Origin: a virus
Lineage: Duplodnaviria; Caudoviricetes
Length of the DNA stretch: 32,114 nt
Strand: one strand, 5' to 3'
IMG/VR virus record: IMGVR_UViG_3300037420_000387
Coordinates: 1-32,114 of that record
The notes below the pieces were generated by a model. It had not been told where the DNA came from and did no database searches. It saw only the letters and a list, made by a program, of their open reading frames with translations. This document shows, piece after piece, positions 1-9,514 of the stretch. The translations under genes and the position numbers were made by a program. How positions within the stretch are numbered: position 1 is the stretch's first letter; each line of letters begins with the position of its first letter.

Positions 1-2038
1 TTAGATTAGCCTCGATCAACGTTTGTGTTTCCCGATCGGCGTAGTCTTTATTTAACTTTGCCTTGTCGTGCTCGTACTTCGCGTCCAGCGCCAATGATTT
101 ATCCTGATTGATACCCTGCAGGTCAAGCAACTGGTTTAAATGGTCTTGCAACGCTGTTTTTTCAGAACCTTGCGCCGTTTTGATGCTTTTTCTTACTTTG
201 GCGATATCCTCGCTTAATAAGTTTTGCTGTTTGGTATATGCTTGCCTTTCAACTTCGTGTTGTTGATCTAATGCCGCTATCTCACGCGATTGAACATCCC
301 TAATATTGGCAATCTGTAGCTGCGTTAACTCATCCTGTCCTTTTTGAACAAGGTCAGCCTGTTTTTTAAAGTAATCGGTGACTAACTTCTCCTGGTTGGC
401 TGCGTGTTCGTCTTTATCCGTTCCCCTCAAAGCGTTGGCAGATGCGATATTCTTGGTAAACTGCGCTTTAGCCTCGGGGGATTTGGTTTTGTTTCTAAGC
501 TGCTCTTGTTTTTTAATGAAGTCCTGTAACTTAAAAAGCTTCTGCCGGTACTGCTCGTCGTTCATCGAAAGCTCTCGTGCAAAGCCTTCCATTTCGTCTT
601 GCAACATCTTAGCAATCGCATTTCTGCGCTCGTTCTCTATTTCTTCACCGGCGCGTTTAGCTTCGATAAGGTCGTTCTTTGCTTTTTCGGCAGCGGCCTC
701 TGCTTTTAAATCCGAAGCATCAAGCCTGTTTTGTGCGCGGTCGCGGACGGTTTCCATCTCGCGTTCTGTGGCAATCTGCTTTTGCTGGGCATCAACAATG
801 GCTTTAATGTCATCGGCTCCGTTTACCAACCCCTTTTGCTTGTCCAATTGAATAGCATAGGCGACGCCCAATCTTCTTAAGTTATCAATCTCTTGCTGTG
901 TAAACCTATTACTGTTAGTAGCGGTCCTTACAGCTAATTCATATTCCTTATCGGCTAATTCTTTATTCCCTTTATACTTATCAACCGATATTTTCTGAAT
1001 TTCATTGAAATACGCTCGTTCCTGCTCGGGTGTGTTGCGCCTGTTACGCATTTTGAGCATCAAATCGGCTATTTGAGCGTCGGCTTTAGCATCATCAACC
1101 AGATCCTGCGCCTGGGAGCGGTTTAAATCCTGCATCGCCTCTTTTATGTTGGCAGCTTCCTGGGCCACTTTATGCATACTGGAAGCCCAATCGCCAAAGG
1201 TTTGATCCATATTATCTTCAGCAAGTGCCCGTAAAAGTCCTTTCAAATAAGCAAATCGCTGGCCTAGAGCATCCGCATTTGGTGTTAAATCAGCAAAATG
1301 CTTGGCTATAGCTATTATTAATACAGCAACAATCGCTAGACCGGATGCTAATGCACCCAATCCGGCTCCCAGACCTTCAACTCCACCGCCTGCTGCCTCT
1401 GCGCCGGTTGCAGCTTCACCCATACCTTCAGCGGCTCCCTTACTGCCGACTTTAACCGCATTGAACCCCTGTGCGGCAATTTTTAACGCTTCGGATGCCT
1501 CGTTGAAACCGGGGATTAACGATCCTAGCTTTGACCCAAGCCCGCTTAACGCGCTTTCATAGTTGCCGACATTACGCTGGTGGTTACCCATTTGCGCGTC
1601 GAACTTCTTAAGTTGGTTATTAAGTTGGTTATATTCCTGAATCTGTTTTTGGATGGCAGGGTTAGAACTATTAAACCCGTTTTCAGTGTTTTTAATAGCT
1701 TTACCTAACGCGGTAAGTTTCTGCTGTGCTTCTGCATAAGATCCGTTAGCGGCTTGTGTTGCTTGCTTTGAAGCTTTAAGTGCCTGGTTAGCCTCTAAAA
1801 TAGCGGTACGCTTCTTTTGGTATTCAGTCCGCGCGGCCTGGGTTGCCACTTTTTCTTTAGCATACTCGGCGTTGGCATCTGCCATAGCGGCTTTAGCTGC
1901 GGAAACTTGTGCTTTGAGGTTTTTAAGTTCGTCGGCCGTCTTTTTTACGTCAACAGCCAATTGCTCCATTGCCGAGTTGGCCTCGCTATTAGCAAGGTCA
2001 ATGGATACGAGTACTTTTTTTTCGATATTGTCACTCAT
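1..2038 (-). CDS. Tail tape measure protein (5' part; runs off the left edge; absent from ORF track)
   Basis: Hand translation from ATG 2038 (MSDNIEKKVLVSIDLANSEAN...) is open to position 2. It is Ala/Lys/Gln/Glu-rich coiled coil with a 'GNHQRNVGNYES' motif and a hydrophobic GLGALASGLAIVAVLIIAIA segment typical of tape measures. Confidence 0.88.
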   Translation of the reverse strand, partial: MSDNIEKKVLVSIDLANSEANSAMEQLAVDVKKTADELKNLKAQVSAAKAAMADANAEYAKEKVATQAARTEYQKKRTAILEANQALKASKQATQAANGSYAEAQQKLTALGKAIKNTENGFNSSNPAIQKQIQEYNQLNNQLKKFDAQMGNHQRNVGNYESALSGLGSKLGSLIPGFNEASEALKIAAQGFNAVKVGSKGAAEGMGEAATGAEAAGGGVEGLGAGLGALASGLAIVAVLIIAIAKHFADLTPNADALGQRFAYLKGLLRALAEDNMDQTFGDWASSMHKVAQEAANIKEAMQDLNRSQAQDLVDDAKADAQIADLMLKMRNRRNTPEQERAYFNEIQKISVDKYKGNKELADKEYELAVRTATNSNRFTQQEIDNLRRLGVAYAIQLDKQKGLVNGADDIKAIVDAQQKQIATEREMETVRDRAQNRLDASDLKAEAAAEKAKNDLIEAKRAGEEIENERRNAIAKMLQDEMEGFARELSMNDEQYRQKLFKLQDFIKKQEQLRNKTKSPEAKAQFTKNIASANALRGTDKDEHAANQEKLVTDYFKKQADLVQKGQDELTQLQIANIRDVQSREIAALDQQHEVERQAYTKQQNLLSEDIAKVRKSIKTAQGSEKTALQDHLNQLLDLQGINQDKSLALDAKYEHDKAKLNKDYADRETQTLIEANL

Positions 2039-2098
2039 TGTATTACGGAATTATTTCGTATATTTATTTCCGCAATCCTGAAAGAAACTTCCCCTAAT

Positions 2099-2130
2099 AG
2101 CGTCTGGCCTGAGAAACTTGACGCTTTTTT
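2099..2130 (+). terminator. Hairpin with plus-strand T-tract (intrinsic-terminator-like, antisense to the operon)
   Basis: AGCGTC-N15-GACGCT followed by TTTTT. Confidence 0.45.
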
Positions 2131-2134
2131 ATTT

Positions 2135-2707
2135 CTATTGCTTGTAGTAGGTATATGGGTGCCGATTGCACGTATCAGAGTTGGGCATTACATATTTTTC
2201 ATGAATGCCATTGTACCAAATCTCTTTAATGCATAGGGTCGGCACAATAACCTTATCTTTTCCGATGTGACCAGATATACCAAGCCAATACACTTTGTTC
2301 TTTATAGGCCCGTACTTGGCCGCTAGTAATCTGACCTGAGTTTCCAGTGCAAGCCATGTAATTCTATTGCAGTTCGGGCGTTGCGGAAAGGTGTTTACAA
2401 AATCGAATGAGTTGTATTCGTCTGTAGCGTTTCCATTTTCATCGCTGGCATCGCAATTATGCCCGATGTCATATCCCGAATGAGCGTAGTCTTTCGTTTG
2501 GTTTATACGGCCACCTGTAGAATGAAACCCCGTTGCTCTGTCTGCCACTTTAGAATGCGGTGTTTCAACCCAAATCACACTATCGGGTATAAGGGTGTCG
2601 GGATTATAATAGCTTATATAGCCCGGATATTTAACTACCTGTTGCTGTGAAAACGCTGAACTACAGCCCCCAATCAGCGTAATGATTATATAAACGATCT
2701 TTTTCAT
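2135..2707 (-). CDS. Secreted DNA/RNA non-specific endonuclease (NucA/EndA/EndoG, His-Me finger family)
   Basis: GYDIGH (DRGH-like) and N-x2-PQ-x4-N-x3-W-x3-E motifs. Signal peptide MKKIVYIIITLIGGCSSAFS/QQQ. The ATG at 2707 overlaps the upstream stop (TAATG). Confidence 0.88.
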   Translation of the reverse strand: MKKIVYIIITLIGGCSSAFSQQQVVKYPGYISYYNPDTLIPDSVIWVETPHSKVADRATGFHSTGGRINQTKDYAHSGYDIGHNCDASDENGNATDEYNSFDFVNTFPQRPNCNRITWLALETQVRLLAAKYGPIKNKVYWLGISGHIGKDKVIVPTLCIKEIWYNGIHEKYVMPNSDTCNRHPYTYYKQ

Positions 2708-3480
2708 TATCTCCACTTTGGTGATTCAAATAACTTTGTTTTCCTTCCGTTCCAGTTTTTACCCATATCATTATGCCCTAAAGCCTCGCTATCTAAGTGA
2801 ATAGCTATGATCTCAGGTAAGAAACCACGTTTACTTCTCGGCCAGTTCTTTGCATGTAATACATCCGACCTGTCAATATCACCGTGTTTAGCGGGATATT
2901 CTTTAACATTTGAGGTGTTCGGGTGCCATAGCTGAAAGAATCCGATAGGCAGGTAACCATCTGACTTGTACGCCGCGATTCTTACGCCCAACGGGAAAAT
3001 GTCGGGGTAAATGAATACATGTCCCTGGTGCGTGTGTTTAGGCTGCTCAATAAACTCCGTCCATGCCTTGTGATCTGGACACATCATACGGTCAATGCCG
3101 TAAATTGAATCTTCGTCTAAGTTCAGATTGTCTAATATGGTTCTCGTTAATGGTGGCAACCATATATCAGCGTCCAAATGAACCACCCATGCATCTTTAT
3201 CTAAAGCCTTTAACCCTTCGTTAATGCCGGCGGCTTTATTGATCGTAAATCCATCTTCATAAAACACATCGGTCTGGATGCACTGGACGTTATAAAACTC
3301 GCATAGACTGTGTGTCTTTTCGTCTTTGGTGTCCGTTACGACCACGTATCTATCGAAAAACTGCTTGTTATGTGGTAAAGTAACGGCTAAGAAGTCGGAA
3401 TAATTTACACATACGGTAACAGCCTCCAGCTTAAATTTGTGGTGATGCTTATGGTTTGATGGGTGCGGCTCGCGGTACAT
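2707..3480 (-). CDS. Glycosyltransferase, GT-A fold (GT2-like)
   Basis: VTVCVNYSDFL, VVVTD, NKAAGINEG, WVVHLDADI (DxD), GFFQL motifs; His-rich N-terminus. Confidence 0.8.
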   Translation of the reverse strand: MYREPHPSNHKHHHKFKLEAVTVCVNYSDFLAVTLPHNKQFFDRYVVVTDTKDEKTHSLCEFYNVQCIQTDVFYEDGFTINKAAGINEGLKALDKDAWVVHLDADIWLPPLTRTILDNLNLDEDSIYGIDRMMCPDHKAWTEFIEQPKHTHQGHVFIYPDIFPLGVRIAAYKSDGYLPIGFFQLWHPNTSNVKEYPAKHGDIDRSDVLHAKNWPRSKRGFLPEIIAIHLDSEALGHNDMGKNWNGRKTKLFESPKWR

Positions 3481-3509
3481 TTGTTAAATTAATAGGGGTG
3501 ATTGGGGTA

Positions 3510-3752
3510 TTATTTTACTTTTCTTTTTAGCTTATCAATAGATATGTATTTAGGTGACCTCTCGTCAAAAACTAATATTGTGTCGCCGTTATAATTTTGA
3601 ACAATCGGCAACTGAGTTATTTTATAACTTTTAGCCTTAGTAACTTTATTGGCTTGTTTAATCCATTTAGCAAAGTGGTAAACACCTACACCAATGATCA
3701 AAGTCCAGCAAACGCAATCGACTGCCAGAAATACATTTTTTACCGTTTCCAT
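3510..3752 (-). CDS. Hypothetical single-TM protein (start revised to METVKNVF)
   Basis: ATG 3752 with A-rich leader and a hydrophobic N-terminal segment. Confidence 0.6.
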   Translation of the reverse strand: METVKNVFLAVDCVCWTLIIGVGVYHFAKWIKQANKVTKAKSYKITQLPIVQNYNGDTILVFDERSPKYISIDKLKRKVK

Positions 3753-3958
3753 TTTAAATTGTTTAAATTCTGTGATAGGACTACAAATACAAGAATGAGC
3801 GAACCCGCCCCGGAAATACACTTTGCAACAAACTGGCAACTTACTTCATTGCTTCCCTGCGGAATATCATGTCCGAAGTACCAATAAGAGACATAAGCAA
3901 ACAGGCAACCGCCCATTATCAGTATCATTGCCACGCATAAAAGAAAGAAGTGTTTCAT
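3740..3958 (-). CDS. Hypothetical two-TM membrane protein
   Basis: Two hydrophobic stretches; ATGA overlap with the upstream gene. Confidence 0.65.
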   Translation of the reverse strand: MKHFFLLCVAMILIMGGCLFAYVSYWYFGHDIPQGSNEVSCQFVAKCISGAGSLILVFVVLSQNLNNLKWKR

Positions 3959-4290
3959 ATCTCGTCGTTAAAAGCAAGTTCTTTGTTTGGTATGATTTCC
4001 AACACTGGTGTATTTTCGACCACCTTTAGTTCTGCCGTCATCAGTAAGTATATTGTGCCGTTGGTGTTGCGGTAATAGTACTCCGTGTAATTCTTTTTGT
4101 GTGGCAGGTTAACGGGCTTAATCTTGGAATAATCCATTACCTTTTTATACTTGATGCAGTAACGGATAAACACAGCGTCGAGCTTTTCCCGTTCTTTAGC
4201 AACCACCTGGTTTATTAATTGCTCATAGGCCTTGTCCAAAGATTCAACTTCGTTCAATACTTCTTCCGGTTGTTTTTCGCTTAATTTCAT
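3955..4290 (-). CDS. Hypothetical protein
   Basis: ORF tiles the operon. Confidence 0.7.
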   Translation of the reverse strand: MKLSEKQPEEVLNEVESLDKAYEQLINQVVAKEREKLDAVFIRYCIKYKKVMDYSKIKPVNLPHKKNYTEYYYRNTNGTIYLLMTAELKVVENTPVLEIIPNKELAFNDEI

Positions 4291-4300
4291 AATGTTAAGT

Positions 4301-4318
4301 AGCCCCGGTTAAGGGGCT
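4301..4318. other. Intergenic GC hairpin
   Basis: AGCCCC-GGTTAA-GGGGCT, no clear U-tract. Confidence 0.5.
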
Positions 4319-4323
4319 GTTAG

Positions 4324-4962
4324 TTATGCTTGTTTAATAGGGAATTCTCCAATATCACCGACTTTTAAACCGCTTTCAGGGTTGGCGTCGATATCTTCCT
4401 GTGTTGCCGCGCGTTCTTCCAGCCCTGCCTCTCTTAACCGCTTTGCTTTGGCTTTCCAGTGTTCTTTTGCTTCGGGCGTGTCATTTGCTGTGTCGGTTTC
4501 TGTATCAGTTTGATCGCCCGCATTTTCTTCGTTTTTGGTGGCGTCTGCTGGGTTTTCGGTACTGGAATCGTCCGTTTTTGCCTCTTTTTGATCAGGGGTT
4601 TGTTCGGTGCTTAAAAATGGGGCTAACGCCTGTACTTTATTCAAAAGTTTCGGATTAGACTGTTCTGTAACCGGGCCTATGTAGTTTACCAAAGCGGTAT
4701 AGTACTCATTGGGTGTGCTTTCGGTAGTGATACTTAAAACATCCATCAACTGCTTTTCTTCATCCTCTGTAAGATATTCAGATTCGATGGTGTCATCTTC
4801 CTGATCTTCATCAGATCCCGGCTCACCCGGATAAATAATTTCCTCGTCACCGCCATTATGTGATGCTTCACGGATAAGCGGGGCAAACTCTTGTGCCTCC
4901 GCTTTTGAAAGGACAAACCCGCTCTTTTTCAGGTCTGCCAGTGTTATGTATTTTGCTTCCAT
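4324..4962 (-). CDS. Acidic, low-complexity phage protein
   Basis: D/E-rich; C-terminal ATQEDIDANPESGLKVGD motif resembles other Bacteroidota phage proteins (from memory). Confidence 0.75.
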   Translation of the reverse strand: MEAKYITLADLKKSGFVLSKAEAQEFAPLIREASHNGGDEEIIYPGEPGSDEDQEDDTIESEYLTEDEEKQLMDVLSITTESTPNEYYTALVNYIGPVTEQSNPKLLNKVQALAPFLSTEQTPDQKEAKTDDSSTENPADATKNEENAGDQTDTETDTANDTPEAKEHWKAKAKRLREAGLEERAATQEDIDANPESGLKVGDIGEFPIKQA

Positions 4963-4964
4963 GA

Positions 4965-5327
4965 TTAAAATCCGTTTCTAAAGTTTCCGGCCATGTGTTC
5001 GTTATCGAAGGCGTCCGATTTCATTTCGACAATCGGGCGCGGGTGGTAGATAGCACTTAACCTCGCGTGGCTTTCAATCAGCTTTTGATCGTTTGCCAAA
5101 ATGGTTTCCTGCTCTTTGCGAAGTTCCCGCAGTTGTGCCGTTGCTTGCTGTGCCGTTTTAAGGTCAATCTGCTGCTGTGTGACTGCTTCGTATTGCGCGG
5201 CGTTCCAGGCATTCAATTCATAATCAAATTCAGCCTGTGTTAGCTTTCCGCTTTGTAAATGGATAGCTATTCGTTTAGCGAACTCCAGTCCGCCGTCACG
5301 GTAGTCAATAGTGTTTGTTTTTGCCAT
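4965..5327 (-). CDS. Hypothetical coiled-coil protein
   Basis: ORF tiles the operon. Confidence 0.7.
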   Translation of the reverse strand: MAKTNTIDYRDGGLEFAKRIAIHLQSGKLTQAEFDYELNAWNAAQYEAVTQQQIDLKTAQQATAQLRELRKEQETILANDQKLIESHARLSAIYHPRPIVEMKSDAFDNEHMAGNFRNGF

Positions 5328-5333
5328 GATTGT

Positions 5334-5696
5334 TTATTTATTAGTTGATTTCTTTGCGGTATCAGCCTGCCATTTAAGTTTATCCTTTGCAAGCAAGCTG
5401 TCTAACTGCCCTTTCAGGTAGGATGAGATGGTAAAATAATTCTTAGTGATTTCAGTTGCTTGCTTTGCGCTGATACGGTCGCTGTTGCCGATTGCTTCCG
5501 GGCCGTTCTGCGTATAGATAACCCAATCGTTTAACTGTTGGATGCTTATTCCTTTCAGGATAACATCGTGCTTTGAGGCTAAATCCGGTTGATATACTGG
5601 CGCTGGTTTGACTTTGGTTGTGTCAGGTTTGGTTTGCCCCTGTGCGGAGAATACGGTGGTAATCGCCGCAAAAATAATGAGAATCGTTTTTTTCAT
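5334..5696 (-). CDS. Exported hypothetical protein
   Basis: Signal peptide MKKTILIIFAAITTVFSAQG/Q (Bacteroidota Q-rule). Confidence 0.75.
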   Translation of the reverse strand: MKKTILIIFAAITTVFSAQGQTKPDTTKVKPAPVYQPDLASKHDVILKGISIQQLNDWVIYTQNGPEAIGNSDRISAKQATEITKNYFTISSYLKGQLDSLLAKDKLKWQADTAKKSTNK

Positions 5697-5920
5697 ATTT
5701 GCTTGTTAGTGTTTATATAGTTTTCAATTCTTAACAGTTTTATGCTATAAAGCATTTTATCATAATCCGGCAATTGACGGTAAATATCATAATGACTATG
5801 AAGCATTCTAACCCTAAACCTGTACACTAACTCATTCCTGATTATAAAATAAATCGCGGCTATTAAAGCCAAAAACAATATTCCAAGCAATACAAAAAGG
5901 AAGACAGTTAGTAAGTTCAT
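5693..5920 (-). CDS. Hypothetical single-TM protein
   Basis: N-terminal hydrophobic helix; ATGA overlap. Confidence 0.7.
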   Translation of the reverse strand: MNLLTVFLFVLLGILFLALIAAIYFIIRNELVYRFRVRMLHSHYDIYRQLPDYDKMLYSIKLLRIENYINTNKQI

Positions 5921-5945
5921 AATATTTGTTTGTTTTTAGTTGTTT

Positions 5946-8042
5946 CTACTGTGTCTGTACGTTGATTTCCGGCAACCCAATTGTTAAACTCACGCTGTAA
6001 GCATCCAAATAGGTTTCCCTTTCGTTAAATGTCCCGCTCGCAACACTAACCGTTTGCCATGTTGGTGGCATTACTCCCGGTTCAGATGTTAAAATCTGCA
6101 CTTTGGGGCTGTATTTAATCGACTGCAGTCCTTTAATATCATCGACTGATACGTTTTCAGCCCACACGGTAACCTTTTCTCCCGCGTTCTTGCTAATCAC
6201 GTCAACGATAGTGTCCTCATTCTGCCAGTCAACCACGAATCTTTTTATCGTAACAGGTTCGGCAACGTCAAGGGAAACAAGTTGGTTATATACGAAGCGA
6301 TAGTATTCCCATGACCCGCTTAATCCAATCCATCGCAGATAAACCGGCCTGTCGGGGGTGTTCTGATCGATACGGCAAGTGATCGGCTGAGTGAGGTTAT
6401 AAGTTGTCCCGCCCGCCGTGTACTTAATCTGTACAATGAAGTAATAACACAGCGCGGGAATGTCAAAGTTTATCAGTAGCCTGTTTAACCCAACGTGTTC
6501 AACGATCGGCTGGCTTACCAAAGCAGATGAAGCGATAATAAATTTGCTTGCATCCTGGTTGAGTGAATAGCTGCCGTCCTCGTTTAAAAGAAAGCCATTA
6601 GCAACGCTCTGATCGGTTAGCGGGTTCATGTTAATGTCAAGTAGCGTCACGTTGTAGAACGGCGCCAAACCAACCATATACTCAGAGAAAATGAATCCTA
6701 TGTCAAAAGGGAACCCGCCGTTGTAAACGGGCATCTTAAAATCTGTCATCCATTTGGCGGGCTGAAATCCTAAAGGGTAGGGGACATACTCTGCGAGGTT
6801 ACCGCCGTACTTTGTACCCAGTTGTTTAGCTGAGAACACCACGTAATAAGGACGTGTTACCGTTGTCCAGCTTATTAATCCATCCGTCCACACCTCGGCA
6901 TACTTAAGCGTGTATGACGCCGACAACTGCATGTCCCGGCAATTGACTAAAGTATAATTCGAAAGGTCTTTAGCAACGAGCAGTGTTTGCAGCAAGGTGC
7001 TTAGATCGGCCTCAATATATCCCGTGCTGTTCGGACTGAAGTTCATTTGTGACGTGGTGAACTTCCCCGTAATCGGGTCAACATACGCTAATACAGTCTG
7101 TACTTGATAATATGGCTTTATCGAGTTTATATTGATAAATCCTGTCGTATCGTTTGCGGTGTACGTGCCGTCCAGTGTAAGCGTTCCTGCTGTTTTTGCC
7201 AGCACTTCAAATGTTCCCTCATATAGTGCCGTTTTGATGTAAACAAAGTCTCCTGCGGCCTCTGTGGTGGTAAAATTACCCAACTGTCCCGATACGGTGA
7301 CGGTGGTTCTTGGCGTTACGGGCGTTAGGTCAGCGTTAACAGCCACTACAATACTGGTGCCGGGGCCAGAGGTGATACCGGTTATCTCGAAATCTTTTCT
7401 TTGAAACCTGAACCATATCGGATTAAATGCCGCGTTCCATTGGCTTATATTGCCGTTCCCGAGGTTGACGCCGGGATCTTGTGCAAGAACATTCCCCACA
7501 AACCCTACCGTGTAAGGACCTGAAACTAAACCTCCGTTCGCGTCTTTAGCATAACCTGTTCCTGCGCCGCCCGGTTGTCCGTTGAATATCGGGCTTGTCT
7601 GCCAGGTAGCATTGTCTAATGAGTATTGTATTGGGCCGTAAGACGAGGTAGCAATAATTTCAACCGTTCCATCCCCCGCACCAATGGCACTTTCAGGCGT
7701 GGAGTCGATCGCAACTAAAACAAGGTCGTCTGTTGACGGCGTTGGTGTTCCGCCCCCGCTTGGCATTACCGCTGAAACGACGGTGAAATTGGTAAAGAAA
7801 TAACTTGACGGGTTGGTATCGCTTAACTCTCCGGTGTAAACGGGGTAAGTTGTCCCTAATACACTCGACTGGATGTTGTTCGTTACCGTCCCGTTTATGT
7901 TCTGGTCATACGTTACAATAATACCGTTTCCGTTAGCGGGTAGTCCTGTTGCTGAATCATAGATAACAATGGACATTTGCCCGAAGGTTTGAGTACCTAC
8001 GACACCACCGGATGTACGTTCTATTTGTGCGTATAATGACAT
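5946..8042 (-). CDS. Virion structural (tail/baseplate-like) protein with a SprB-like repeat
   Basis: T/G/S/V-rich beta-type sequence. GDGTVEIIATSSYGPIQYSLDNATWQTSPIF...KDANG resembles a SprB repeat. C-terminal YLRWIGLSGSWEYYRF resembles Bacteroidota phage tail proteins. Confidence 0.7.
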   Translation of the reverse strand: MSLYAQIERTSGGVVGTQTFGQMSIVIYDSATGLPANGNGIIVTYDQNINGTVTNNIQSSVLGTTYPVYTGELSDTNPSSYFFTNFTVVSAVMPSGGGTPTPSTDDLVLVAIDSTPESAIGAGDGTVEIIATSSYGPIQYSLDNATWQTSPIFNGQPGGAGTGYAKDANGGLVSGPYTVGFVGNVLAQDPGVNLGNGNISQWNAAFNPIWFRFQRKDFEITGITSGPGTSIVVAVNADLTPVTPRTTVTVSGQLGNFTTTEAAGDFVYIKTALYEGTFEVLAKTAGTLTLDGTYTANDTTGFININSIKPYYQVQTVLAYVDPITGKFTTSQMNFSPNSTGYIEADLSTLLQTLLVAKDLSNYTLVNCRDMQLSASYTLKYAEVWTDGLISWTTVTRPYYVVFSAKQLGTKYGGNLAEYVPYPLGFQPAKWMTDFKMPVYNGGFPFDIGFIFSEYMVGLAPFYNVTLLDINMNPLTDQSVANGFLLNEDGSYSLNQDASKFIIASSALVSQPIVEHVGLNRLLINFDIPALCYYFIVQIKYTAGGTTYNLTQPITCRIDQNTPDRPVYLRWIGLSGSWEYYRFVYNQLVSLDVAEPVTIKRFVVDWQNEDTIVDVISKNAGEKVTVWAENVSVDDIKGLQSIKYSPKVQILTSEPGVMPPTWQTVSVASGTFNERETYLDAYSVSLTIGLPEINVQTQ

Positions 8043-8043
8043 T

Positions 8044-8499
8044 TTAAACTAGTTCTAACTGACTGAATATATCAGATACCTGCTGGGCTATGTTGTTGCC
8101 TATTTCATTAATAGCGGGGTTTAATCGCCTTGAAATATTATCTTCTGATGTTGGCTCGCTAATTACCCCTTCTATTCCCGCGTATCCTTCCTTGTCTATT
8201 TTATTTTTGATTGCCCATGCAGCTTTTTGATCTATTCCCTTTGCGTCACACCATGCTTTTATTCGTTCAATCATTGGCGGATCGCCGGGAATAGCATCTG
8301 GTGACGTTGGCCCACGTCCATCTTCTAAAATATTTACATAACCTGCCGCTAAAAGCTGAACTGCTGTTTCTGTGGTTACCACCTCAAAACTTTTGACTGT
8401 CTCTCCGGTAGCATACCGACCATTTGCCTGTAATGAGTTAGTCGTATCGATTAATATCAATCCAACGGCATCAGCAATGATTTGAATAGGGTCTTGCAT
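8044..8499 (-). CDS. Putative neck/tail-completion protein (HK97 gp10-like)
   Basis: ATGETVKS, YVNILEDGRGP, PP..IKAWC.AKGI motifs; size and position fit. Confidence 0.6.
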   Translation of the reverse strand: MQDPIQIIADAVGLILIDTTNSLQANGRYATGETVKSFEVVTTETAVQLLAAGYVNILEDGRGPTSPDAIPGDPPMIERIKAWCDAKGIDQKAAWAIKNKIDKEGYAGIEGVISEPTSEDNISRRLNPAINEIGNNIAQQVSDIFSQLELV

Positions 8500-8972
8500 T
8501 ACGGCAATGGTATATTTTGATTATTCATTGTTCCTACGGTCAGGGCTAAACTTATTCCTGTTGAGTTTGCCTGAAACTTATTATAAACTGGCAATGCTTT
8601 TCGTCCTTCGCCTTCGTGAATTTTAAAGTAGCGTGAGGCGTATTGTGTTTCCCGGTAGTTTTCCATCTTGACTAGGAACTCATTACACATCTGGTTTGCC
8701 ATATCAATGTACGTCTCGTTGTCGCTTGTGTACTGATCGAACTCTGTTTTAAACAGGAACTCCATGTAAATAGAGAACTTATCGCTCACAGCATTACTCA
8801 GGGTTGTTGACTTGTCGATAGGCTTAAGTGTGTAAAGCATTACCAAAGGAAACTGGTTGTTGTCGGCGAAGTTGTTTAACTCGTTAGCCGTTCCATACAA
8901 AAAGCCGGGCTGGTTAAACCCCGGCGGCGCGGTAAGTGTTTTTACAATGGCTTCGAGCTGGTTTCTGATCAT
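8499..8972 (-). CDS. Putative tail terminator-like protein
   Basis: 157 aa, FPLVMLY, adjacent to the gp10-like gene; inferred from size and position. Confidence 0.45.
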   Translation of the reverse strand: MIRNQLEAIVKTLTAPPGFNQPGFLYGTANELNNFADNNQFPLVMLYTLKPIDKSTTLSNAVSDKFSIYMEFLFKTEFDQYTSDNETYIDMANQMCNEFLVKMENYRETQYASRYFKIHEGEGRKALPVYNKFQANSTGISLALTVGTMNNQNIPLP

Positions 8973-9049
8973 CTCTTATTTAACAATGATATCCATAGTA
9001 AAAACTTGATTAATAACCCGTTAAAAGCCTTGTTGAAATTGCTTACGCG

Positions 9050-9109
9050 AATTTATGAATTATACTCTGAATATTCCTAATAAAAATGAATTATATTCTG
9101 AAAATTATT
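9050..9109. repeat. Dispersed 60-bp non-coding repeat, copy A
   Basis: 51/60 ungapped identity to 25576-25635 (counted by hand). Confidence 0.85.
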
Positions 9110-9112
9110 AAG

Positions 9113-9247
9113 TTAGTTCGCTGAAAATTCTTTGTGCTTATAAATAATTCGGTATCCGTCCCACGTTGTTTTATTCCATACGTTAACAGCACAGCAAAAC
9201 CTCAAAGGCTTGCTCCGGGCTGATCGGTATAGTTCAATAGTGGTCAT
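9113..9247 (-). CDS. Possible 44-aa protein (MTTIELYRSARSKPLRFCC...)
   Basis: Hand-found ORF that fills the gap in operon orientation. Confidence 0.4.
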   Translation of the reverse strand: MTTIELYRSARSKPLRFCCAVNVWNKTTWDGYRIIYKHKEFSAN

Positions 9248-9294
9248 GTTATAGCTTTACTTATTTTAGTTCGCTGTCAAGGTATTGCTTGACT

Positions 9295-9513
9295 TTAATA
9301 TGCTGGTATGAATTCCCTAACAGTAGGTTTCGGCCAAACTTGTATTATATAAGCGATCGGCAAAACCAATAAATCGTTATTATTATTATACACTCTGTAA
9401 GCGTAACTTAGATTTCTTTTCTCTCCGTTCCACAACTCAATCCAATCTCTAACATGATCGCGGGTGATTACCTGATCACTACATGTTAATTCAGGGGTTG
9501 CGCTTTCTTCCAT
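9295..9513 (-). CDS. Hypothetical protein
   Basis: ATG 1 nt after the upstream stop. Confidence 0.6.
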   Translation of the reverse strand: MEESATPELTCSDQVITRDHVRDWIELWNGEKRNLSYAYRVYNNNNDLLVLPIAYIIQVWPKPTVREFIPAY

Positions 9514-9514
9514 C

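Noticed and set aside
378-2236. Plus-strand ORFs 378-851, 1302-1562, 1817-2236, 1872-2081
   Set aside because: Antisense shadows of the tape measure and nuclease genes
9050-9130. CRISPR array
   Set aside because: Only two degenerate units with ~10-nt gaps, no spacers and no cas genes; the nuclease at 28000 lacks Cas4 cysteines
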